Part shown: positions 1-10,499 of the stretch, one piece after another
How positions within the stretch are numbered: the stretch's first letter is position 1
Layout: each line of letters starts with the position of its first letter
Assembly (NCBI GenBank): GCA_003971905.1
Contig: RSEE01000030.1
Location: forward strand, 682,001-718,904
From: Moniliella sp. 'wahieum'
Taxonomy: Eukaryota
Reading direction: 5' to 3'
DNA: 36,904 bases
Notes under the pieces: generated by a model
Seen by the model: the letters and a program-made list of their open reading frames with translations, nothing else
What the model was told of the DNA's origin: nothing
Databases searched by the model: none
Made by a program: the position numbers and the translations under genes

Positions 1-408
1 TTGTAGCCAACGGGGAATCGCGATCGGCGAACGTGGAACGGGGGGATAGAACCGGAATATAGGAGCGGGCACACTATGCGCGCGAGCTCCTAATGAACGC
101 GAGCGTGTCGCGCGTCCGAGGGAAGCAGGCACACAGCGTGCACGGACCGCGTAGTGGTGAATGTCGCGGTGAACGGTGAGCTGGCAGCCCTGTGGCCTGA
201 AACGCCCAGACGTGCAACCTGCCGCAGGGCATGCACCGCCCTTGACGCGAACTTACGCCGTCGGGGACGTGCGCTCCTGTAGAGAGTGTGTCTGTGCATT
301 GGCCACCCCGACGTTCCAGGGCTCTCTCTCCTTCCCGTCCATCGTCATCGTCCAAGGCATTTTGTCCTTGCCATTGCCACCGTCCCATCCCCAGGAAACC
401 CTCTGCGG

Positions 409-415
409 TATATAA
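409..415 (+). promoter_or_regulatory. TATA box upstream of GCL-like gene
   Basis: TATATAA about 60 nt upstream of the ATG at 473, followed by a pyrimidine-rich leader. Confidence 0.55.
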
Positions 416-472
416 GTGCACCCTCGGCCCAACCCATCATTCGCCCTCACTCCACCTCATCGGTCGTCCACC

Positions 473-2538
473 ATGACCCCATCTACGCACGATCGTGTCC
501 CCCTTGGGTGGTCCGAAGTCCAGGCGTTGGGAGATATGGCGCGGGGCCGGGCTGTGTCGGAGCTGCTGGCCCATTGGCCTTGCTGGACCCAGCGGAGCGG
601 CGATCCACCGCTGTGGGGCGACGAGGTGGAGCAAATGGTGGTCCTTCTGGATGCTGACAGGCGAAGGGCCCCACTCAGTATGGCCCAGGACCGGGTATTG
701 ACAGCCCTCGCCACCCAATCCAACTCACCCACTGCCGGCATTGACTTTCCCAGTTTCCAACCCGAGTATGCCCGGTACATGATCGAGTCGTGCCCAGGTC
801 AACCTTACGACGCATCTCCTGCCGGCCTGTGCCAAGTGGAGGCCAGCATGCAAGGCCGCAGGAAGCTGATCCAATCCTGCCTGGGCCCCAGGGAGAAGAC
901 TATGACGCTCGCCACCTACCCTCTCCTGGGCATGTTGGGTTCTCACCGCGACGGCCAGCACGCGAACATGTCGCATTCGCTGGGCTGGAAGGCGCGTCTC
1001 TTTTTGGTCCTATTTTGGAGAGCTCTCTTCTTCCCGATGAGATTATCAGCCCCTTTCACCGCTACCGCACTTTGACGGCCAATGGACGCAAACTCAAGGG
1101 CAGCAAGCCCGCCATCCATATCCCGCTTTCAAGGACAAAAGGACGCGTGCCAGCTGGCGTCCCCATCCGGACGAAAACGGGACCATCCTGCATATGGGAG
1201 ACAGATTTACATGGACGCATTGCCCTTTGGCACAGGATGCTGTGGCCTGCAGGCAACCATCCAAGCTGAATCCCTCTCCCAAGCACGCCAGATCCACGAC
1301 CTCCTCGTCCCGCTTTCTCCCATTTTGCTCGCTCTCACAGCCGCGTCCCCCGCATTTAGGGGCGCTTTGGCCGATGTGGATTCCCATTGGATGGTATTGG
1401 CTCAGGCATTGGATGATCGTACCGAGGAGAACAACGGAACACACTTTTCTTCCAGTCTGATGGATGAAGGAGGCCGGGAGCGTCACTCAACGACACGGAG
1501 AAGAGCCGGTGGGACTTCCGAGTATGTACCTGGCTCTGCCTCCGCACTTGGCGGCCACCCCGGGTATGAGGATCCCCCGACGCTTCGCATTCACCAACGA
1601 TCGTATGAGACGTTGGTGCAAAATGGGATGGAGTCGGTTTTGGCACGTCACTTTGCCAGCATTTTCCACCACGATCCCCTGCTGTTGTACCCCCCGACGA
1701 CGAACCAAACGGAAGAAGGGGCACAGCAAGATGGCCCGACAGAGTATCTCGATCTCTTTCTAACTTCTATTTGGCCCGCCGTACGACTCAAGCCGCCCCT
1801 TTCGCATGATGGGCCCGGGTGGCGAGTGGAGATGCGGTCGATGGAAATCCAGCTGACGGATTTTGAAAACGCAGCGTTTACTACTTTTGCTGTGCTCCTC
1901 GTCCAGGCTCTGTTGGAGTTGGGGCTGTCGTTGCACATGCCTCTTTCGTCGTTGACTCCAACATGACCTGCGCTCAACAGCGCGGAGCCGGAAGCTCGAT
2001 GCGCTACTTGTTCTCGACCGGCTTTGCTCAAGCTTGGTGCACCTCCTTCGGACGACACGTCGAGTGATGGCCTTCGTTATTTAGCTTGCATGAGTTGATC
2101 AATGGTCAGGTATGTGATGTTGTGTTTGTTGCATCCTGTTTCCTTCGTTACTACCACATCTTTTGACCACAGACAACTGGGTTTCAAGGACTGGTCCCTA
2201 TGGTGCGCTCGTACCTCGCCCACCAACCAATGGAGGCGAGTCACGCGCGGCAACTGAATGAGTACTTGGACTTTATCAGCGACAGAGCCCGAGGGAAGTA
2301 TGTCACTCTGGCCTCGTATGTCCGCAACTACATCCTCCGCCACCCGGCTTACCGGTTGGACAGCCAGATCAGCCCCGAACTCGGATACGACTTGCTGGTG
2401 CACTTGGACCAGGTGGAGCAAGGTGTAGTCGCTGCTCCTACCCTACTGCCGCGCTCCTACGCCCCCCTCGTGCTCGCCCGGCACGCGGCGAGCGTGCCAA
2501 CGGTACAAGTAAAACAGGACTCGGATGCGAAGCTTTGA
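473..2538 (+). CDS. Glutamate-cysteine ligase catalytic subunit-like protein (GCS family), divergent; several probable sequencing frameshifts; one intron at 2110-2172
   Basis: Family motifs appear in the expected order across ORFs 416-1075, 790-1269, 1082-1966 and 2200-2538: PLGW, WGDEVE, FQPEYARYMIESCPGQPY, RTLTAN, IYMD..FG.GCC.LQ, ALTAASP.FRG.LADVD, LARHFA...DPL, W..VRLKPP, GWRVEMRSMEIQLTDFENAAF, then ELINGQ|TTGFQGLVPMVRSYL across the GTATGT..CAG intron, YLDFISDRARG, and RNYILRHPAY. Confidence 0.9.
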
Positions 2539-3107
2539 TCTAAGTGTACCCCTCTTATTGGACGGTGGTCTGTGTGGCCTTTTAGTGCCTCAGTCCTTAC
2601 CTCCCTACTTGTAATCCTCTTTTGTCTTCTATTTCTGTACTACCCCTAGATATTCTTTCGCCGTTTCCATGGCTGTATACGCTGTGCAGACGGCCCTCTT
2701 GACTGAGATGTGACTGTACTACTATTACTTTTTGTTACTACGTACCCCTATTCCTCCTACTACTATATTATTTCTCGGCGAGATGGAGTGAGTATCGGTT
2801 TCTAGAGTCCTGGCAGTGGATGAGAGGAGAGGTGGGGGCATCTGGTCGATGGGGATAGGGGTGCATAGCTGGTAGTAGGAGGCGACTACCTTGTTTCTGT
2901 GAGGCCAACGAAGCCCGAGGAAATGAGATCTCCCTTATATATACGGCGGGTGTGGTACAGGTGTCGTCTGAGTCATTCGAGTCACTCCAACCCGCGAGAC
3001 AAGGACTAATATATGCTACAGCAACAACACAGAGGCACATGGATCATTCGGGTCATTGACCAGATACGCGATTGCAATATTCGGGCAAAGCTGCGTGTTG
3101 CTCGTGC

Positions 3108-4472
3108 ATGTCCATATCGCCGCCACGTCCCACCACCACCGTAACCATCGCCTGCCAACCCTGCCTGCCCATCGCTCTTAGGGGGCATTGGCTTCCTACC
3201 GATGGATATCCTGATTCATCATCCCTTCCCCCATCCTCGCTTGTGCCGGACGTTGTGCTGGCCGCCTTTGGTCTCAGCCACCCGCCCGCCAATACCACCC
3301 GGACTGTCGTCCCGCTCAATGGCGGACAAGGCACGAGTGTGCTGCTCGATGGCACGACCGTACTGAAGCCCCTCGGCCAGCAAGACAACAAGGCGCTGGA
3401 TCAGGCCGAGTCGGAGCTGATTGCCCAGCTATGCGCAGCTATGGCCTCGCGCGCCGAGCAGAGCAACAACACCTATCGAGTTGTCCGGCCCATCGCTCGC
3501 GTCCGTCCCGTCAAAGGGGAGATGCAGTACGTTGCGCATGGATGGACTGCCACCACGTTCTCCCCCACCTCGACGGGGGATATCTATGACTTCTCGTCCC
3601 CCTTGGGTGCCCCATTGGACATGGAAGAGCAAGTACGAGGACGACTCACAGAGATCGTACAAGCCTCTCGGGCCTTCCATGCCGATGTCCACAATGGGTC
3701 GCATCCCACCCCCCCATTCCTTCCCCCGCTGGTGGTGCACCCGTTCCTTTCCCCCACCTCGCTCGCTTCATCTTTGATGCCCGCGAACATGTCTGGGCTC
3801 AACCGATCGGTTCATCTGGGGAGAGTACAATGCTCACTACAATCTCCTACCCCAGCACGAACAACAGCGACTCAAGACGAAAGGCATAGCTGCAGCCGAA
3901 GCCCCGCCTGGCGTTGGCATTGGCGTTGGCCGTGGATTACCAACAGACAGCCATAACCCCCATTTAGGTTTGGCTGCGTCGCCGCTGAAGCACTTCGGGT
4001 GCGGGTCGATTCCTCGCTTCAACCTGCCTATGACACATACTCGCTCCAGCGCCCGCTTGACCCTCGTTCGGTTGAGCAACGTTCTCAGCTCATTCATGGC
4101 GATTTGGCGGGAAACGTGTGTTTTCTTCAGGGTCAAGCCACGTCGCTCCAATCACCATGCCGCCTCGCCAACTAGGTGCTGACGTCTCGCCCTTATGGCG
4201 CCCGCGTGAAGCAGCTGAGGGCATACTTGCCGTGACTTTCTCGTGTACTTTGGCGCTGATGCATCCCACCTTTCTTCGGCGTTGAGCACCTCCTCCCCGA
4301 CCACCTGGATCCGTTTCAAGTCCAAATGATCATCAAGGGTCTCCTGTTTCGTTTGCTCTCCAATTCAGCCCTTCGACCCGATCCAGGACTGCATCAATAC
4401 TACACCCACGCTACCAACGTAGCTGCTTTCCTCCTGGGCAAAGCCGAGGCCTCCAATGGTAGCTCGAATTGA
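3108..4472 (+). CDS. Aminoglycoside-phosphotransferase-fold (APH) kinase resembling TIGR02569-type actinobacterial proteins; frameshifted; start uncertain
   Basis: N-terminal VPDVVLAAFGL...PLNGGQGTS....VLKP, YRVVRPI, YVAHGWTA and ASRAFHA. In later frames: catalytic-loop SQLIHGDLAGNV (HGD at 4095-4103), DVSPLWRP (4181-4204) and C-terminal QMIIKGLLFRL. Stop TGA at 4470-4472. Confidence 0.7.
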
Positions 4473-4930
4473 TCATACCTACCACCCCAACTTGTTCGAT
4501 CGTCCTGGTTTCTCCATCATTTGATCGCTCAAGCTTCAAGTCAAGACGCTCAAAGCGCTAAGGGTCGTGTTAATTGCTTTGCATTCAATGTCATACATCG
4601 TGGGTGGTCGTGCACCCGGTTTCATGCGGTTTTACTGAAGAAAAGTTGGCCCTGTCCTGTTTGTTCCCACTAGCCTCATTGCGCTCATTGCTGTTTCCTC
4701 AGGACTTAAATGAGGACACCTTGAGGCTAGTAAAATCCCACATTCATTTGTTGTAGAAGGAAGGCTTGCATCTGGTGTCCTGTCCAATCACCTTACATGT
4801 CCATCAGCGTTCGACTAAGTGGTGAGGGCAATCTCTACATCGACGTTGATCATCACCAGATGAGCTGCGTGCAGTGGGAAGGCAAGAGTTGGTGTTTGGT
4901 TTGGTATGCGATTGCTCGACGGGGATGGGG

Positions 4931-6203
4931 TTAGAGAGCTGTCCGGGAGAGCTTCTGGAGCTGGTTGAGGAGTACGTCACCATCCTTAATGATCTGGTTG
5001 TACTGTGCGTTTTTCGAATCGGGCCGACGCGTCTCGATGACGCCGTGCACCTTGTCAATTACTGCCGGTAGGCGACCCGACGAAATGAACCGCGACAGTT
5101 CCCTGTCGATAAACTCATCCGTGACCCCAAATGCATCTGCCATGGATCGCAGCGTGACAGACCGGTAGGACTCGAGAAGTTGCGCATACGCAATGATGCG
5201 CATCTCTCGCACGTAGTAGCGCGCATGGGCATTGAGCAGTCGTGAGGGAAGAAGATAAGTTTGCTTCTCGATCTGGGCCAACGCTTCAAAGAATGCCTTG
5301 TAGTTGCCATTGTACAGCGACTGAGTGTAGACCCTCAAATGCGGCAGCTCGTCAATCACCTGCAGCACCTCGGGCGCATTGAGAATCTTCTTCTTTAGCT
5401 CCGTCCGCGGCAAGGCGAGCATATTGGCAATCACTGCCAGTGATACAAACGAATGGTAATCCAGTAGTTCGGTTGCGGTAAACGTAGAGAGCGCCTCGAG
5501 AACAGCTCCCCACCTCGCTTAAAATCCCGAATAGAGAGGAGGTGGAGACCCTCGTATACCTTAAGCCGGTTGCGGCGGTCCCAGTCACCACCTTCCTCGA
5601 CCAACTTTTTCACCTCGGTAATTGATGATGTGACAAGGGAGGTGTTGCCAAAGAAGAAACCGATGCGGATGAGGCCGAGTGTCAAGTCGATCTTACTGCC
5701 TAACCCAGCACCCTTTTCGATCGCCTCCTTAGTAGCAGCGATCGCCTTGTCCTACGGAAAAAGAGGCGAAGTTAGCACAAGGCGGGGAGAAAAAGGAAAT
5801 GCACGCACTTGGTCCCCAATTTTGGCATAGTAGCTGGCTTTGTTCTTAAGCACTGCACTGATTTCCATCTCGCCCTCCTCCTCAGTAGCCTTGGTAAGCT
5901 GTTGGTCAAGCTTGGCGCTCCTCCTTGTTGCGCTCCTCAAGCCGGGCCAGAAGGTCTTGAGGTGTGGAGGCATGGTGGGTGCTGGTACTCCCAACAGGGG
6001 AGGGCAACTTCTTGCTGATGAGCGGGTCGGCAAGCAGGGCAGCGTAGTAAGGTGCCATCTCGTCGGCCTCAATGCAGCCAGCATCGCAGCAGCGGCGGCC
6101 GAAGGGGATGGTGTCGCCGCATACCCCCCGTGGACCACGGTAAAGAGGAGGTGCTGCCAGTGCAGGTTGGGGATGGTTGGATGCTCTCCTCGTCGGCAGA
6201 CAT
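4931..6203 (-). CDS. RPN7: 26S proteasome lid subunit Rpn7 (PSMD6); intron 5752-5808; frameshifts likely sequencing errors
   Basis: IEADEMAPYY, EEEGEMEI, YYAKIGDQ|DKA across a GTGCGT..GCTAAC..TAG intron, KIDL.L..IRIGFFF, VEEGGDWDRRNRLKVYEGLHLLSIRDF, RYYVREMRIIAYAQLLESYRSVTL.SMADAFGV, and IDKVHGVIETRRPDSKNAQY..IIKDGDVLLNQLQKLSR. Confidence 0.95.
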
Positions 6204-6451
6204 GGTGGTGGCGATGGGGCGCCGCCCATCGACTGGCATGCCCGCCATGCCATACCTCCGCTGGTCCGCAGCTAACACACGCGTCCTGGCCGCTGCCCCA
6301 GACCGCGCGGAATAGATGGCAGGCGGAACGGCAGGTACAGGCACCGCGCCAGTGTCGCACCCCGTGACGCGGCCACTCGTTAAGCGTACAACAGCTCGGC
6401 CAGAGCGCTCCTCGTGCGTTTCTTGCGGCCTAGGTCGTGATCCCCACCACC
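6204..6451. promoter_or_regulatory. Short bidirectional promoter shared by RPN7 and RPN6
   Basis: 248 nt separate the divergent start codons. Both ATGs are preceded by CCACCACC on their own strand, and CGTGACGCG lies at 6363-6371. Confidence 0.65.
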
Positions 6452-7810
6452 ATGGCAACGCCTACACCCACCGCTTCGCCCTCCGTCGCTGCCGCCGAGA
6501 CCGCGTTTGATGCTGGCGACCGTGCGGGCGGAGAGGCCCAGCTCAAGGCTGTGCTTGCCCAGCAGCCGCCCGCGGACAAGGCCGCTTCAGCCAAGGGTGA
6601 GGCCATCCTGCGCGAGCAGGAACTCGCTCTTCTTCGTCTCGGCCAGCTGTACCGCGACGAAGCCAACGTGGATGCCCTGGCAAGTGTCGTGCGCGACTCG
6701 CATGCTGTTCTTGCTCACTTGGCCAAGGCCAAGACGGCAAAGCTGATCCGCCAGCTGATTGACCTCTTTGGGGACGTACCGGGTGATGCAGCCCGCGCCG
6801 CCCAGATTCGCATTACCGAGGAGAATATTGAGTGGGCCAAGGAGGAAAAACGTATCTTCCTCAAACAAAGTCTTGAGACGAAGCTAATTGCCCTCTACTA
6901 TGAGGCGAAAAATTACCGCCAAGCCCTGCCCTGATAGAACAACTTCTCAAGGAACTCAAGAAGTTGGACGACAAGATGATCCTCACCGAGGTCCACCTGC
7001 TCGAATCCAAGGTAAACTTTGCGATTGCCAATTTGCCCAAGGCCAAGACAGCCTTACTTCTGCCCGTACCTCCGCCAACGCCATGTACACCCCGCCTTTG
7101 CTCCAGGCTCAACTGGACTTGCAGAGTGGTGTGCTACACGCCAAAGACAAGGATTACTCCACCGCTTACTCGTACTTTTTCGAAACGCTGGAGGGCTTCT
7201 CTGGTCAGGAGGATCCACGCGCAGGATTGGCACTCAAGTACATGTTGCTGTGTAAAATCATGCTCAACCTGCCGGAGGATGTGGCAGCAATTATTCAAGG
7301 CAAGACGGCGCTTGTGGCCGAATCCAAAGCGGCCAAGGGCTAAGGCATGGGGCGCCAAAGGCGCGCGGTAGAAAAGGCTACGGAGCGGGACGTGGAGGCC
7401 ATGTCTGCTGTTGCCAAGGCGCATGAAGAACGGTCATTGGAGGCATTCGAAAAGGCATTGAAGGACTACCAAACTGAATTGTCCAACGACCCCATTATTC
7501 GCAACCACTTGGCTGAGCTGTACGACACCTTGCTGGAACAAAACTTGCTGCGCGTGATTGAGCCTTACTCGCGAGTCGAGATTGCGTATGTGGCACAACG
7601 GGTGCGCCAACCCGAGCGGGAAGTGGAGCAAAAACTGTCGCAGATGATCCTGGACAAGACCTTCCATGGAATCTTGGACCAAGGCAATGGGTGTCTGGTT
7701 GTCTTCGATGAGCCTCCACAGGACAAGATGTACGAGGCTGCGTTGCAGACTATCAAGCACGTGGTGACGTGGTCGACTCGTTGGCTAAAAAGGCTAACAA
7801 GTTGGGGTGA
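6452..7810 (+). CDS. RPN6: 26S proteasome lid subunit Rpn6 (PSMD11); frameshifts likely sequencing errors
   Basis: [167 protein letters not shown]. Ends [13 protein letters not shown] then TGA at 7808-7810. Confidence 0.95.
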
Positions 7811-8126
7811 GCTTTGTTTCTGGCTCCTGGCTTACTCTTAGCTTGCGTGGGGAAGCGTGGGGGGGGGGGGCGATCTGCCCAAATGTAATCATTATACACG
7901 GTCATGCACACCCACTTTGAAGTGCGAAGGGAGGCAAGGTATCTGACATTAAGACAGGAGATTCGGGATGGGGCATCAGAACAGCAGGAGGTGCTTGGAA
8001 GGAGAGGCGATGTAGACGTGTGAGTTTAAGGTGGTCAGCGGGGCCAGGGCCCAGATAAAGCAAAAGTCCAAATGGAAGAGGGGGGTTGGTGCGGAGAGGT
8101 GGAACGAGAGGAACAGAGAGTTGAGA

Positions 8127-9758
8127 CTAGACGACGGCTGTCACGAGTGTCCTAGAAGAATCGACGATGCGAATGCGCGTGTACTGCCACGAGAGAGGTT
8201 GCCGGCTCTGCATGTACACCCTCTCCAGCGAAGTCCTGGCCAGGGCTCATGTCAAGCGTGCGTGACCGTGGAGGGCGGGCATTCGAAGGATTCAAACTGA
8301 AACCCGAGACATGCGATCGGGAAATGGAGGCTGCTCCGGCAGCACGGGAGTGGAGGTGGAAGAGGGTCCACGTGCCTCAGTCGAAGGGTGCTGGTCTAAC
8401 CCTTGACGCCTTGGTGGAAGGGATCGGCACTTGAGCGGATGGTCTGATTCGTCACAGAGACGGCGTGCATCTCCATCAAGGTGTCCAACAGGTTGATCAG
8501 ACGAAGGCGAGCGGGAAACTTGACCAACTGCACTTCCTCGTCCACATCAAGAGCACAGGGGGGCCTATTCCCCTCTTCGCGATGATCTGGGGACAAAAGG
8601 GCAGTATCCCCTGCACCAATGAACTGGTGCGCCCCAACCAAACAGCCGGTCCACCCCACGCGTGGTAGCATCAAGGATATGCGCACGGTCGAGGGGCCGG
8701 AGAGCAAGGTGGGCAAAGAACGAGAAGAAAAGGATAGCCATCCCAGCGCCCGCAATCAAGTCAACGGCAAAGTGATGATGGAAGTACATTGTGGACCAGC
8801 ACATGAGAGCAAATACACCACCATAAAGGCAGATCCTGCTGCCCCTCCGTACCGCGCAACAAATAGCGCACAACACGCTGCAGTTGCTGCGTGCAGGGAA
8901 GGAATCGCACCAAAGACACAGGCCCACGGCGGAATCCGTCAGTACAAATGGGTCCCAAGTACCTCGTCCACTCGTACCAGTCCAGCGGCGTTTCCGGGGA
9001 AGGCGTAGTTGGGGACTGTACCGGCGGGATAGACGTCATGGAACCACGGGGCAGCATGAGGGTTGAGAATGTGAAGGACCAGTCCCGACAAGTTTTGAAG
9101 ACCAAGGCACCAGCCAAACACGTTGGCGGCGCCTGGTGCACCAAAGAACCAAATCCACCACCCAGCCAAGAAGGGGGAGGCAAAGTGAAGCACACCATAA
9201 AAAATCCACGCGAGAACGTCCTGGAAAGGCGAAGGGTCGAGGCCAATGGCTAGATCGTTGAGAATGCGGAGGGTAGGTGGGAACATGATCAGGACAGTTG
9301 GGTAGAAGACGGCTTCATGGGGCTTTCGGCGTGCATAGCGGATCCATACGAGGAGTGCGAGCGGGGCCATGAGTACCATGGAGAGGAAGACACCCAAGGC
9401 GAAAGAAGAAAGGTCTCGAGCACGGGCAAGACAGTGGTGTGGATGGGGGGGCGGATGTGGTCGGGATGCGGCGGGCCTGCTTAAAGGCGAGCGTCCAGAC
9501 CAGCGGAGGCGCCATGCCAAAGAGGAGACCGGCCAGCCAGCGGAGGGGCTTGGAGTTGAGCAGCACGCGGCTGCAGTGTCGCACGAGGCGGCGGAGGGGT
9601 GGAACGCAGGTGCTGAGGAGCAGGATGGCGGCCAGCACGGCGGCGATGGGCAGCACAATGCGGCTCCAGATGGGCAGATCGGCGGCGGCGACACGCTCGA
9701 GCACGGCGCTGCGGTGCGTGGCGCGCAAGTGCGACAGCACCTCGCGTGGCGACGACAT
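8127..9758 (-). CDS. Inositol-phosphorylceramide synthase family (AUR1/IPT1, PAP2-like) membrane protein; frameshifted; ends approximate
   Basis: Multiple hydrophobic segments plus DVLAWIFYGVLHFASPF, PHAAPWF, PGNAAGLVRVDEVLGTHLY, FGAIPSLH (near 8893-8916) and WSTMYFHHHFAVDL, which supply the catalytic His/His/Asp of the family. Confidence 0.88.
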
Positions 9759-10499
9759 GGACGGTGGCGGTGGCGGTGGCGGTGGTGGTGGCGGCGGTGC
9801 GATGGTCGTCCTTGTGCCCAGAGTCGCTCCCGGCAAAGGGCGGGTCTGTGACCGGCGAGCTCCACCGCCCCGTCCTGGGCACGTGACGCGTGACGAGCAG
9901 CGACAAAGCGCCCAGGCTGAAATCTTAGTCGAAGATCTAAGATCTACGAAGCGTACCCGCTGGGGATGCGTGACGCGTGACGGCGGGGCAGATGTGTGAT
10001 GAATGATTGAGCTGCCCCCCGATGCACTTTCAAACGCAGCCCTCCGCTCTGTCCAATCCAGATGGCAAGCAAACTTCGCTGCTCTCTCCCCAACTAGCAA
10101 CTCCCACGACAGATCGCCATTGGCCATCCATTTCGCCCCGTCCCATCGTCCCCGCCATATTACAGCCCGGCTGGTCCCAGTTTTCCTCTGTACCCGCATT
10201 GTTGTCGAACCGGGGACCGCTCCCTGCCAGCGCAATGAGCCAGCGTGCCCCCTCCATCTCTCTATTCTGCATCCATAGTAGTATTATTGACAAAGCTTAC
10301 GGATGGCACAGAGAAACGCTACGCCTAAACCGACCGTTCATCTGCGTGTGCTTCTTGGTAGAGCCAACCCCGCTTAAGGAACCAAGAGGATCGCCAGGAG
10401 ATCAGGTCCCTCTGGTGCCCCCCATCCGTTCCCACACCCGAGGTGGCACGTGTGGATATTACAGATGAGCGTGGTAGACATCCGAGCGAGAAACCATTT

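Noticed and set aside
6204..6212. GGTGGC near the RPN7 start as an Rpn4/PACE site
   Set aside because: It is the reverse complement of the CCACCACC start context immediately before the ATG and lacks the AAA tail.
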